From: Camelus ferus
Lineage: Eukaryota
Length of the DNA: 64,000 nucleotides
Assembly: GCF_009834535.1 (NCBI RefSeq)
Contig: NC_045696.1
Coordinates: forward strand, 49,478,001-49,542,000
Reading direction: 5' to 3'
How positions within the stretch are numbered: position 1 is the first letter of the stretch; each line of letters opens with the position of its first letter. Shown here piece after piece: positions 1 to 12,990 of the stretch. The notes beneath the pieces are model-generated. The model ran no database searches. It saw only the letters and a program-made list of their open reading frames with translations, and was not told the DNA's origin. A program made the translations under genes and the position numbers.

Positions 1-2694
1 TTGTTCTTAACAAATGTGATACAAGGTGGGTCTTAGAAAATACAAGTGGAGATGATCTCAAGAAGGCAGAAACCTGCTATACTAAACATTACTGTAATGG
101 AAATGCACTGTTTATACCTTGTTTTTATTATTAATATTTTCCATCAATGGCCACAATGTTTCTACCCTAATTATCACAAATTTGCTATCAATGCGAGTGG
201 TAAGTTTAATAATAATAAATAAGACTAAAGTTTAATAAAGCTTTACTGTAGAGATTTTTGCTGGCTTGCAAGTTGATCTGTAGGGGTCTTATCTGGAGGG
301 TGTCTCACTAGTTTTTCCAAGCAATTAAAGTTTTCAGGCAGTTTGTGCCTTTTCTATGACCCTGAGCTCCTCCAGGACAAGAAAGCTGCATCACTCATTT
401 CAAAAATCCCTGTCATCTAGTATAGTGAGTGTCTAGAACATAGGCACTCAATAAAGATTTAGTAACTAATTGAATGGATCTGTTTCTCTTCATCTCCTTT
501 CTTCATAGTCCTATTCACTCGCCTGGTATTAAATTGGTAGTCACTAAACCTCATGCTGTCTGGCTGATTGGTTAATGAGCAGCTCATTAAGTGTCAGTGA
601 CTAGATAACTGATACAGTGTCCTCTACCTGATGGGTGATAAGATACCTGATAAGAAGGCACATGGACATTATCTCTGAATCCTGCCAGCACATTTAGGAT
701 AAATGAGGAGCAGAGAGATCGTACCTGAGCTCACATAGTGAGAGAGGGTCCCCTAAACGTCTGCTGGAACGTGGAGCCATGCTCTGATTTTAAAGAGTGC
801 ATCATGATGGAGACAACTTGGGGAATCTTTTTGAAAGAAACCCCTCTTCAAAGGGAACATTGTATTGGCAAATGTACTGATTGAATTCCTACTGTGCATT
901 ACCTTTTTAAATGTCAAAATCTATTTGCTCCTCTGATTTACATCCGCACGCCACGCTGTTGGCGAGGTGGGATTCAGCAAGCCTGAGATGAAATCATCAA
1001 ATCTCCCATTATTAAGGAATAAACTGTGCAGCTCTTTATGTCATGACTGTTATAGGTCTGCAGAGGGCATAAATATCCCCTCAACTCATATTTTAGTTCT
1101 TTAGTCTCCCGTTAAGCTGGCAGTAATCATCATAATGATAACCAATTGTTCTTACAGACATGATATAATGTGGCTTTTAGAAAAAGGTTAAAAAGTAGCA
1201 CTGGTGAAGATGAGCTCAGGAGGGGAGAAACTGCTATACTGAACTCAGTAACTCCGGGGAGCTGCAGAGTGCACCCGCTTCAGGTGCTGAGTCAAACCCT
1301 GGAAACAATTTGATGAACTAGAATCATTTAAATCGAGGTCACTGGAAAGCAAAAGCCATGCATATCCTGTATGTGAAATTTTATAAATTAATTCAGTTAT
1401 GACCCTCATGGGAAGGGTTATTACTGGGATTCTCAGTTATCATAAAAATATTATTTGCTGTGTGTACCTGATCCCATGCTGAGGCTGTGTTAAATGTGTT
1501 CACGGAGCAGATCTTTTGCATTTGGGGAAGTAACATTTCAGGATCACAATTACACTGAAGTAGAAAAGGCATCTGGTGCAAATAGTGTATCCACCATTTA
1601 TCTAGCATGAGAAGTGACTAAGTAAACACAAAGGGTTACCCTTCAGTGGACACTGAGGGTCCATGAGCATGGTGGGATGATGTGTAAGAAGTTGTACAAT
1701 GTGTGTATTTAGATGGAATGCAGTTGATAGAGAAAGGACAAGTTAAATTTTTTTCCCAGTTTATGTCCTGGGGCACAAGATATAATCATCAGGGAAATTC
1801 TTCATGCTTACACTGGGAGCTTCTAAATACAGTCTCATATTCTGTGTTCATTCCAAACTATCATCCTGATTTCCTACAGCATAAATTTCCATTCAATCTA
1901 ACAAACATATGTGAATCTGTTTTAAGTGCTAGGTCCTGCAGGGACACAAAACTGTATTGGACATATTTCCTACTATGAAATACAACTTGAATAAAAATGT
2001 AAAAAATGAGAGCATAGAGGGAAAATAGTTTGATTCTGACTAAATGGACCTGGAAAACCACTGAGGTTATATGTGAGCTGGATAATTCAAACCAGCAAAC
2101 AATAGGCATGTACTACACCAAGACCCAGGACCTGTGAGCACAAGTTGGTAGTAGGGGTGAGAGAGGTGTTTAGGGAATGTTTGTTCTCAAAGGTGGTGGA
2201 TAAAGAGAAAGCCATGATGTTTCTCTTTAAAGTCGTGAAAATAAAGTAAGAAAAAAATCAGATTCAGACAGCTCAATATTAGTAATAAAGACACATAACT
2301 TAAACCTAGATGCTTATATTTTTTTCAATTTTTTATCTATAAATGTATCTTTTCAATATAGTCTTCTTCAGTACTTGTAATGTTTTGTATGTAAACAAAA
2401 CCTGAAGTGATTCTATAAACAGTGTTGGTTTACCATGCCTGTGGGAAACCTAGCTATTCAGAAAACAGAGCTGTCACCGTCCACCTGATGGTAGCTGACC
2501 CTAATTGTCTTCACCATAATCAAAAATAAAGTGCTGGCCAGCTTACAAAGTGTTGACAACCAATTGTAATGACTGGGAACATATTGCTTTGGATTTTTTT
2601 AAAATGGACGTAGGGAGCTTTGCAAGCAGCTATTTTATAGCACCGACTGGATAGAGAATAAATGGAGAAAAGTAAAGGTAAGAAGCAGTTTGAA

Positions 2695-2835
2695 GGGAGG
2701 GTATAGCTCAGTGGTAGAGTGCATGCTTAGCATGTAGAAGGTCCTGGGTTCAAACCCCAGTGCTCCCTCTAAAAATAAATAAGCCTAATTACTCCCACCC
2801 ACCACCAAAAAAAAAAAAAAAGAAAAAAGAAAAGA
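2695..2835 (+). mobile_element. tRNA-Ala-derived SINE (camelid Vic-1-like)
   Basis: Head gggagggtatagctcagtggtagagtgcatgcttagcatgtagaaggtcctgggttcaaaccccag has Pol III A box (tagctcagtgg) and B box (ggttcaaacc), then an AT-rich linker and an A-rich tail. Confidence 0.8.
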
Positions 2836-3369
2836 AATTGTTTAGAGATAAAGAAGTAGCAATGGATGCAGTTAACAGAGTGTGTTGAAAGGGCTCTCTA
2901 CCTCAGTACCAGTGTCGTGGCCACCGTTGCCAGCTCTGACGAGGAGCTCAGGACAGCCTCAAGATGAGGTAACCTCACTAAATCAAATGGCACCATGGCC
3001 TCTTTTCTGCACTGAAAATTCTGGGTCTAGGACTAAAATAAGAAAACTTCTACAAATTATTTTAGGGCTTGTCAGGTCTTTATAGGACATTGAGGAGGAG
3101 TTCTCTGTGATCCCACCCAGCCCTCATCATGTTAATTATTTTATCCAATTCCTGGACATAAGTTAATTATGCATTTATTTTTCTTCTTTGGGTCCTGATT
3201 TTCTGTTTTTCTTGTGAGTTTGTTCTTCTCCTCAGACTGTCAGCAGAGAAGTCAAGGACTGTCCATTCTACTACTTTTGTGAGGCTGTATGTAGCAAAGT
3301 CATTAACAGCATGGCTTTTAGAGGGAAATTATTGTTTTCAAACCCTGGCTCTGCTAGCTTTGTGGTCTA

Positions 3370-3835
3370 GGAGCTAGGATTGGGGTGAGGTGAGCAGGAC
3401 CCTCACCTTGGTGCAAAATTTAAGGGAGTGCCCCCAAAATTAGTAGCCAAGGTATATATCTCAATAAAATATTTGTAAAAATCAAAATTAAGGGGAAATC
3501 CATAATGAACAAAATGTTAAGTTTTGAAATAAATGCAGGCTGTTGTTTGTTTTGAGACTCTGCTATGCTGCTCCAAGAACAGAATTTCCCAGTCCGCCTG
3601 TGGCTCCTGGGCCTTCATGGCATCGTGCCCCCAACGAGTGTGTGTATGTCGGTTGACAACGGCAGGAGAAAGGACTGAGGAATGCATGGCTTTAAGTAGT
3701 CGTTCTCCAAAAATTTTAATTGTAGAATTTTTATTAACTTTTTCCACTGAGTCAAAATATGGGAGGATATTTTGATAAGTGCATAAAAGGGCACACATTC
3801 TCCTTTTGTCTCAGAATTCAGTGTAACCTTGGATA
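3370..3835. mobile_element. MER96B-like hAT DNA transposon remnant
   Basis: End motif ggggtgaggtgagc...gcaaaatttaaggg shared with the element at 6.4 kb; AT-rich interior. Family name from recall. Confidence 0.5.
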
Positions 3836-5275
3836 CGTTGCCTGGCCTCAGGTTTCATTCCATCCTGCATAGTCAGCCTCCTGTTTCCATGAGGTGCTGA
3901 ATAGCAGCATGGCACCTGTAGTCAGTCTGTATTAAAAAACGCATCTTTAAAGGTTTAGTTTTAGGACTCTACATAATTCTTCAGTTTAGCCAGGCAGATA
4001 GTGAACACTCATGAATTCACAGCAGGTTAACCAGTTGAGGCTGAAGGACAGTAAGTAGTAATCAAATATCTGTTAAATGTTATGACTTATGGAGATGTAT
4101 TATATACATTAACTAGTTCAATCTACATTCCTCATTAAATCATAAAGGTCCAAGTTGAAAATCCTGAAGTTTTAGAAATATTTATTAATATTTTAAAAGT
4201 CGTCAAAATAATTTCTTTGAAGAATAAGGAAAGAAAAGAAAAACTGGCAAGAATAAAGACTCTATAATAAGACCCCCTACCAGTCTATTTCCTGCAGAAC
4301 AGGTTACCTGAGATCATTATTATCAGGTGGGAGTTGAGGTATATTCTCTGACCCCTATCACCAAAGGTAGGTCAGTATAACATAAAAAGGCTCCTTTCAG
4401 TCAGCAAACTGTTCACACCTCTGTAATCTCCCATCTGTATAAGGGCCTGAAATTTCTTTTAAATTTTTCATTCCCAAATCCAGAAAAAAATTTATATGTT
4501 TCTTGGTTTGGTTTTATTAATACATCTTGATTCTTATTTGTCCTTTATTTGATGCTGTGACTTAAGGGCCTTCGTTGTGTGACCTTTGAGCAAGTTACCT
4601 AACCTCAGTTTATTCCAGATTGTTGTAAGGAGTAAATAAGGTAAGGCTTAAAAGAACTTGGCACAGTGCCTAAAACACAGGAGTAAATTTAAGCTGTGAA
4701 TAATAAGAATATAAAAATTCAGTAGTGGTCATAAGCATAATATTAGAATTGTCTCTCCCTCTCCCAGCTCTAGACATTTCTTTGTTTGCCTGCAATGCTG
4801 TTTTTCACTTTTCCTCCCATTTGCTCCGTAAAAGTAGCCACTCATGTGCAGTTTCCCACCTCAGCCCCTTTATATCTGGGGACTCTAGGATCTCTTGGCA
4901 TCTCCAGCTACAGGTTACAGGGCACACTTTGCAACTAATCCGTCTTTCCCAACAAAGGAACAAAGCCCTCCTCTACAGCAGTCAAATGCCCAGAAAACAA
5001 ACAAAAAACCCAGTGCATAATTTAAAAAAAAATATTTTCTCCATCAATTAAACCACCCTGGCCAGTCACCCCCAGCTACACAATAAAGGAAAAAGCAGTT
5101 TTCACACCAGTCTCTTAGCCTCTGACTGCCCTTGCTCCCCCAACAAAGTGACAGATGAAAATGTTCCAAATATCGTCATTTACCGCAAGACCAAGAAACA
5201 TTTGAGCTCCAAGATTCTCACAAAAACAGTCTCTGTGCATAAAATAAGAGCTATAAAACTTAGCTTGTGCTGAAG

Positions 5276-5293
5276 GACCAGCAGGGGGAGCCT
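5276..5293 (+). promoter_or_regulatory. candidate CTCF site (forward)
   Basis: gaCCAGCAGGGGGAGCct is close to the consensus CCASYAGRKGGCRS. Motif match only. Confidence 0.45.
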
Positions 5294-5451
5294 GCTTCCT
5301 TAATCACTGGCCCAAGATCTGCAGAAGCTGACTAAAATGCCTTCCTCTTTCTTCTGCTGCTACCACCCAATACTTCTGCTCCTTTAGGGGCCCCTTATGT
5401 CTCCAGAACATAAGTGCTCTCCCTTTAATTTTCTGTGCCCTTCCTCATTAG

Positions 5452-5496
5452 GAAGACAGCATCACAGACTCTTAGATCCTTTATGTGGGTATAAAG
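5452..5496 (+). other. CD96: CD96 alternative exon 4 homologue with in-frame stop (pseudo-exon or poison exon)
   Basis: Polypyrimidine tract and AG at 5450-5451; reads EDSITDS*ILYVGIK (TAG at 5473-5475); donor AAG|GTATGT. Aligns to the human variant-1 insert ENSSTDSWVLLSKGIK and lies 1.5 kb upstream of exon 5. Confidence 0.8.
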
Positions 5497-6392
5497 GTAT
5501 GTACTTTGCTTCAGGAGTGAGTCTGAAGCAGGGTGTGATTCTCTGCAGATGGTACCGTCTGTACGTCCGTAGATAAAGCTGATACCAGTCCTTGCCATAC
5601 TCTTTGAAGAGTTGTGTCTTACACAAGAGTTCCTACTCAGTAGATCCTGGGGGCATTTATAGAAACTGTTTAAAAAGTCTGCCTTCCTGTTTCTGCCAGT
5701 TCTGCTCCTGGCCCGTACTTGAATTCCCTCCCTCACCTGGCTTCCCTTCTTTTGCTCTGAATCTGACTCACTTTTTAAACTACAGATTTCAAATCACAGG
5801 CCTTTGTTTTTCTTATTTCATGACTTCTTCCACATCCAGTGCATTCCTGTTCACCCTCCTCCTTGTCAGTTCCCTCGTTTCCCCTGACCCCTGTGCACAA
5901 TGATTCATCCATTGTTTAGAGTCAGACCAGTGGTTCTCAGCCCTGGCTCCTCTGAGGACCCTTGATAAAAACAAGCGTGCCGTGGGATGAGAGTCATCCC
6001 AGAACGACTGCATTAGAATCTCCACAGCAGAAGCTCGTGTATCAGGATGTGTTCAGAGCAACTCAGTTGAAAACACTGAGTTATACTGAAGGACTATGAG
6101 GACATCACCCTTCCTCCATCCCTGTGCCCCTCGGAGTCCCCTCCTCACTAGGCCCTTAGTCAGCACTTCTACTGACATTGACCAACACTGTGACACCCCT
6201 GGACCTTGTCCATGACTTTCAGGGAAAGGCAAGAATAATGAGGGCTCTTCTTCACAGACCCAGAAAGACATGGACTAGAGGAACAAAGAACTCCAGTCAA
6301 ACTCTGATCTCCAAAATTCAGATGAGCATTTAACAGCCCACTATGAGTCCTCTTTGAAGGTCACAAACACAGAAATAAGGGGAGAAGGGTGA

Positions 6393-6553
6393 GGACCACG
6401 ACCAGGCTGAGGGAAGGAGGTACCAAGGATGCAAAATTTAAGGAGGCACTCACTCTCACGTGCCCACCCTGTACTACCAGGACGCTGAGAGTCAGTGCCT
6501 CTTTAAATTTTGCACCCAAGCAGTCTCTCTTTACCCCCTTCTAGTCCTGGCTT
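6393..6553. mobile_element. MER96-like palindromic hAT MITE
   Basis: 29-bp inverted arms tgcaaaatttaaggaggcactcactctca (6430-6458) and tgagagtcagtgcctctttaaattttgca (6486-6514). Confidence 0.7.
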
Positions 6554-7009
6554 CTGAGGGGAGCTAAAATAAAGGCATGCTAGGAAGAGAGGATGACTGT
6601 AATCATCCAGTTCAGTGAAGATTTGATAAGGAAAACTGATACAGCCTTGTGAGCACGTCTTAGCATTGAGATGTCAGAACTTGAAATAAGAATTACGATC
6701 TGACGTTAACTCGCCGTCCTGTGCCCCCCAAATCCCAACCCTGTTGTACAGCATATGAGTGGTTATGAAGGAGAAGATTTAGTCAGAAGAGCAGCAAGTT
6801 TCTATGTGTGTGGGAGAGAATGACAGCAATTTTTAATTGAAAGTCAAGTGTAATGGTATTTTCTCCAGTAACATGCTCAATATTTCTTAATTTCAGTTCT
6901 TCATCATCTCTGTTGTTACAAAATGTAAATGAATTAATGCATGTGGAACACCTAGTTCAGAGCTGGCACGACTGAGCACTCAAAGCTGGTAACCGTTTTG
7001 TCTCATCAG

Positions 7010-7217
7010 GAGGACAGTGGAACTCAGGAAACACTTATTACCCAAGATCACCCCATCAGCAATTCCACGCTATTTAAAGACAGAGTCAAGCTAGGTACAG
7101 ACTACGCACTCTACCTCTCTCCAGTCCAGATCCACGATGATGACCGGAAGTTCTCTTGCCACGTTGAAGTCAGGCCTGGCAGAATCTTGAGGAGCTTCAC
7201 CACGGTCAAGGTTTTCG
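7010..7217 (+). CDS. CD96: CD96 exon 5 (C-terminal part of Ig domain 2)
   Basis: cag| EDSGTQETLITQDHPISNSTLFKDRVKLGTDYALYLSPVQIHDDDRKFSCHVEVRPGRILRSFTTVKVF |gtaaga; 208 bp, phase 0-1; matches human EDNGTQETLISQNHLISNSTLLKDRVKLGTDY... Confidence 0.97.
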
Positions 7218-9376
7218 GTAAGAGTTTTCGTTCTCTGGACTCCCTGCTGTGTTTCTGTCAATGCCTCCTGCTTTCTTCCCCTAGGGAGGAAGCAGCCTGT
7301 TAGCTGGAGAGCCGGCACACAAGGCTTGCTATTCTGGAGTTCTGTTTGCCTTGACACTTGTCATTCACGTTGGGTGGGGATGAAGGTAGAATGCTAAAGA
7401 ATGATGTTTCACTTAATAGAATAAAATCCTATAGAAAGCCAGAGGTCAGTCAGTGTCCTGGTACCTTATGTGCAATTTTGATGTCTCCTAAGAATCCTGG
7501 AAGTCTCCTTAATTATAACTGCCAAAGTCTAATTCCTTAGCTATCTAATTGTCTTAGTTGCTTGCTGGGGCAACATGGAATAAGGCCACTGTGAGAATAG
7601 GACGAAGATAAACACAGCTCCAGAGAAACTCTGCATGAGTGCCCTCACCCCCACCAGGGCCAGCTGGGGTGAGAGACTGTCCAGCTCCTCCAGCAAAGGA
7701 ACCTGCAGGGATGGCCCTCTGACCCTGCATTCGCGGGAGAGTGGAGCTTAGCTGAACTCCCCACTGTGGCTGCAATCAAATTGCAGAGGCTCTGCACGGT
7801 GCAAATTTAAGGGAAATGTGAGAATTCTATTTTGCTCAGTGATGCAAGGAAATATTAATAAACAGAAACCCCTGGATTTGGGTATTTTTTATCTTTGTGA
7901 CCAAGAATTGTGTTTTTTTTAAAACATCATTTTTAAATAAAGGCAGAGAGAAAAACAGTGATGTGGGTGAACAATTAATTGTTTTTGAAAATGAGATAAA
8001 GAGAAGATAATTCACAAAACCTAAGAGCAGGGGCTGCTAGATTTCTTTCCTCAGTTCTCTGAATGACAGGATAAGTGAAAAATCTTTGCTTTTACTTAGA
8101 ATCTTATTGCATTTTTATTAGAGGTCACACAATTCAGTATCTTGAAGGAAACACAAACCCTTTAGTTCATAAAGATGGGAATAATACAGCCAACGTTTAT
8201 TTAGTTGGAAGTCTTGCTGATAGCATTTCCTATCTCTCTCTCCTGGCTCTCACTCTCTTCCTCCTGCCCTCCCTCCCTTTCTCCTTCCTTCCCTCCCTCT
8301 TTCTCCATCTCTCCTCGGGCGTGGGCTAGGAAATAATTGATTGCCCCTGATGTCAGTTTCCTTATGGAGACTAAACAACTGTCCTTTGAAGAGTCGGAAA
8401 GACTGTTCCCCTCTTTTATTGATACCACCATTCGCTCACTTATAGGGTGTGACTGTCTCAGCACAAACATGAAACTGACTCATCTGGCCTGACTATTGGC
8501 AAATCGATGAAGGCAGCCATCCAGGATGTGAGAAGAAATAATTCTGTGTTAGGCAAACTGTGCCCCATTTGACCAAGGGTTTTTTACCATAACTCGATCT
8601 AATTGCCTTGTAAACATTTAAACCGTGTCCTGAATCTCTTTGCTGCATGTAAATACCTTCATCTTGGTCTGGAATCCTTTACACTCTCATCCTTATCACC
8701 TTGTCTCTGCATTTTTCTATTTGTTTGCTTCTTCTCTGAACTCCTTTCAGTGGATGTTTGAAAATATGAGACTCTGCCCGCCTGTTCATAGAATTGGATT
8801 CTTCCTGCTTCCTGGCTTTCTCCTTTAGCAGGTGGGCCAGGTTGTGTTTGGGCTGTCTCATCCAGCCTTTACTCTATTTGGGGGTGTCACCCGACTGTAC
8901 ATTATAGCGATCCTGGCACAGCGGTGTAATTCCTATCTTATTTAGGACCTACTCTGTATCCCTGGGTCATTCCTCAAATAGGATAAGCCAAAAATAAAAA
9001 CATGAAAACCTTGAGATAAATACTCAAGTGTATCACAAAGCCATTCTGCATGCCCTACATCCAGTTTACTGCTTCTTCCTGAACGCCTTTATTCTCTGAT
9101 GGACTAGGGACCAGAAGCTTCCCCTCGCCACTTCCTGCATCCCCCTCACATCTCCTTTGACGTTCCTTTCCTTAGTGGGGAGTCGTCTACCATCACAAGT
9201 TTGCTCTACTGCACTCTTGAGCTCTAAACATAGTTGTCCTGAGCCCCCCAAAGAATCTGTCTCTATCACCCCTGCAACTTTTAGTAATTGTTCTTTCTTT
9301 CAGGCCTTTCAAACTACTGGCATTTGTTGCTAATAGGAGATCAGAAACAGCCCTCCTTCTGTTACTGTTTTAGGTT

Positions 9377-9790
9377 GTACCTTGGTTTGGGTTCCCCTGA
9401 AAGAAAACTCTGAGCAAAGATTTGAGTTAAGTTAATTTATTTGAGAGGTAGTCCTAGGAAATATAGAGTGGGAAAGTGTGTCAAGGAAGGGAAGGAAGAT
9501 AATAAAATATACATGATCCAGCCAGTTATCACTGTGGACTTAGGGCTCATTCCCACCAGGGAAGCTCTGGGAGAACACACGTCAGCCTTACCCCAAGGAA
9601 GCTGGGGTGTTATCTCCAACTCCCCATCTGTCATCACCATGTACTCTCTGCAGTTTCCAGTCTGCTTTGCTTGTGGACTGACTGTGTTCCCATAGCCCCA
9701 GTAAATCTTCAGGAGAGCGTCACAGGTATGCCCAGTGAGGCGCCTTAGTAAGCAGAAACCGAGTGGATGTGGTGGACGCTGACTGCACCT
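9377..9790. mobile_element. old ERVL LTR (LTR16-like)
   Basis: Starts tgtaccttggtttgggttcccctgaaagaaaactctgagcaaagatttgag...tttatttgagaggt, typical of LTR16-class elements. Confidence 0.5.
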
Positions 9791-10470
9791 GTGATGGGGG
9801 GTCTCATGTTTTCTCCCCTGGTTCATGGAGGGCTTTGTTTGCTGTGCTCAAGAACTTACTTGAAGCCACTTCAGGTCAACGTGATGTTCTCACTGTCTGT
9901 GCTGGGCACTGCTAAGTGCTAGAGATGGAGAAATGAATAAAGTACTCTGGCTCTGAGGCACTTACAATCTAGCAGGACAAAAAGAAGATCGCTGAAATCT
10001 TCCCTATTTTCTAGTGCCAGGCAGCTAAACAATAATAAAGTGTTCTTCCTGTCCTCTTCAGGGGCCTATAACTTAAGTTCTATTTCTAGACCTTTGGACA
10101 CATAGAATATTTCTCTCTTCTCTCTCTCCCCACTGCCAGCCCCTCCTCTCCTCCACTTCCTCATTTCACCTGACTCTCCATAGTCATCAGTCAAGTTTCA
10201 GTTAGATGCTGCCTCTTTCAAAAGCCTCCTCTTATTCTGCAAGGTTGGGTTTGGAAGCTTCTCCTAAAAGCTTTCTTCAAATACTACGTGTCCTTAGTAA
10301 CGGTACTTACACCCATGCATTCTAATTCCTAGTTGATGCATCTGTATTTTCATGAAAATGTAAGTTTCTTGAGGATGATGAATATGATCTGTTCACCTCT
10401 GTTTCCTAGGCATCTAGTGTATTCTTGGCATGTAGTGGGAGTTTAATAAATATTTGATGAGTTATGAATT

Positions 10471-10473
<3 letters not shown>

Positions 10474-10524
<51 letters not shown>
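10474..10524 (+). repeat. (CA)n microsatellite, about 25 units
   Basis: Seen directly. Confidence 0.97.
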
Positions 10525-10528
<4 letters not shown>

Positions 10529-10586
10529 GACCAGGTAGAGTAGCATTCAGTGCCATATAACTAACTGTGTTTTATTTGCCATTAAG

Positions 10587-10642
10587 CTAAGCCAGAAACC
10601 CCCATGATTGTGGAAAATAATTCCATGGATGTCTTCGGAGAG
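10587..10642 (+). CDS. CD96: CD96 exon 6 (start of Ig domain 3)
   Basis: aag| (A)KPETPMIVENNSMDVFGE |gtaagt; 56 bp, phase 1-0; human AKPEIPVIVENNSTDVLVE. Confidence 0.95.
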
Positions 10643-12229
10643 GTAAGTCACATTAAAGCTTTTGAAAATCTACAGCATAATGTGCCAAGGTATGTCAGTT
10701 TGCATCCTTGCCCAGAATGTTGTCTCAAAGGACTTTACTCCAATTAATGTCTGGAGGGGAATGAAGGAACGCTGAGTTGATTGTAGAATCCCAATAGGAA
10801 TCCTTATTTTCTGACTTAGGGCTCTCAGAACATGTGATCTTGTGATCCTTAGTTCTTAAATTTCCTGGAAAAATTATCTCAGTTGTTTAAATGTCTGTTT
10901 AATAAAAATTGAAGCCTATAGTGTAGGAAAAGTGGGGCAGAAAGCAGTGTGAATCCTGGTGTAAGAATGAGGTTTTTTGCTAAGCTGACATTTAATTTGT
11001 TCTAATTCATTTCCTATACCAGCTTTCCCAATGTTTTTATTTTTAAGTGACAAGAGAAAATGTGCCTTCTGAACTTCTTTAGAACCCTGGCTGTTTCTTA
11101 GGGAGTAGGAGGAAGAGCAGGAGAAAAAGGAAATTAGAATAGGCCCTCTGGCTTCAGTTTCCTGTAGGTAGTTCCCAGCCTCTAGCCTCTGGGATCTGGG
11201 CTCGTGTCCTGGCTCTTCCTCTTGCTGGCTGTGACCTGAGACTACTTACTTCACACCTTTGTAGTCAGTTTTCCCATCTATCTGAAAGGGGTTAAGGAGA
11301 GTAATCTGCAGTTGTTGTTTTTAAGAATGAAACAAAATAATGTATGAAAAGTTCTTAGTATATTGTTTGCTATATATTACGTGCTCAATAAGCATTTTTG
11401 TTGTTATTACTATTATGTGTGTTGTTCAGTTGTCTTGTGACATTGTGACTTCATTCAAACTTTTCAAAACTGCAAGTGGAATAAAGATTCTCATTAATTC
11501 TCAAACATTTCCTATTATGTGGGATGAGAAAAAATTAAACTCATATTCTAGTTTCTTCTAGCCCCAAGAACATTAAATAATTTATGATTTCTGGTCATAT
11601 TTTCACTGAGTATCAGTCATGTAATTTGACGGCTGCATACAAATCACAGCTCAGACTCTGTGGTGTGGTTTTACATGAGTGTATATATGCATTATTCAGG
11701 TCCTTGTATCTTTTGTTGATTTTATGTATTAGTTTCCTGGATTAATTGTTACATCCTGAGTACATAGGAAAGATTTCAGGGTTTTTTCTGGCACAATTAA
11801 TTTTCAAGTTTATTAGTGGACTTCTTTTCAACAGTTTAAATGAAACAAATATTCTAATGATATAATGTTTGGAAGGTACTTTTGTTTCTTGTAAGGATTT
11901 TTGGTAGGTTCTTGGGCCAGTATTTACAGGTCATATGGACTCAGTCCAGATAGAGAACCACAGGATTGGATCCAAGAATTCCAGTTTTTTGGGGTTTTTT
12001 TTTTTTTAAAGGATTTTGTTTTCTGTATCATCAGATTTCCTCTTCTGTACCCATGCTTCCCTAGGCTCTGACTAGTAAAACCAGGGAACTTTCCTTCCTG
12101 GGGAATTAGTGAATAATCTCTCACCAACTCCTCATAACCAGCTACAGGACACAGCTTGTCTGTGGATCTTTTAAGACCTTGCCAAACATTAGTAATTTCT
12201 CACTCTGATAGTCGTATAATCCGCACTGT

Positions 12230-12990
12230 ATTTTGAATAATTTATTAACTCTTCAAAGCACCTTTGCATACTTTTACCATGTAGTATTCCCACAATAAGC
12301 CTCTGAAGTAGGTAGAGCGTTTGTCATTTCACAGATGAGAATCCGGGGCCTGGAAAGTCTAAACCACTGGCCGAGCCACTCACAAAGGGCAGAGCTGGGA
12401 TGAGAACTCAGCACGCCCATATCCCAGCAGGAGGGCATGACGAAAGGACATCATGCTTCAGGGGCAGATGGAACTAAGATCAAATCCCAGTTTAACCACT
12501 TAATAGTTACTTAGCCTCATCAAGTAGTTAAGCTCTATGAGTCCCAACTAACTCATCTCTAAAACTGGGATCATGATAAATAATCCACAGGGCTCTTAGA
12601 TGAATTAAATTTATGCACAGTGGTGGAGTACATAGCTCATCACTGATGTCTCAGAAATGTTTTTTTCCCTCCCCACTATTTATCATTCACTCACTCTGTC
12701 ACTTATTCCTTTCTCTGCATGTATATTCATAAATCTATTATGTGATTGATTCTAGGAAATGGGGTGGGGGTGGATAATGAAAAAACAGAATATAGATTAT
12801 AGAATCTGATAGACCTGGGTCTGAATTCTCCTCCGTCACTATTAACTCTGAGCCCTGGACCTCAGCTTCTTAGCTTCCTCATCAGTGAACAGGGACAGTG
12901 AGCTCAACCTCACAATGGTGACATAAGGATCAAATGAGATACTGTAGGCAAAGTATCTACCATCTGGCAACCATAAGTGTTCAGTAACGG
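12230..12990. mobile_element. cluster of MIR fragments
   Basis: MIR core motifs: catttcacagatgagaat, aaatcccagtttaaccact...ctcatctctaaaactggga, gacctgggtctgaattctcctccgtcact. Confidence 0.55.

Noticed and set aside
572..590. Palindrome ttaatgagc-a-gctcattaa
   Set aside because: Isolated, with no supporting context; one such palindrome in 64 kb can arise by chance.
2695..2770. tRNA-Ala gene
   Set aside because: Mismatched stems and a following AT-rich linker and poly(A) tail show it is a SINE head.
6430..6514. Strong hairpin as a miRNA precursor
   Set aside because: Fully explained by the palindromic MER96-type MITE.
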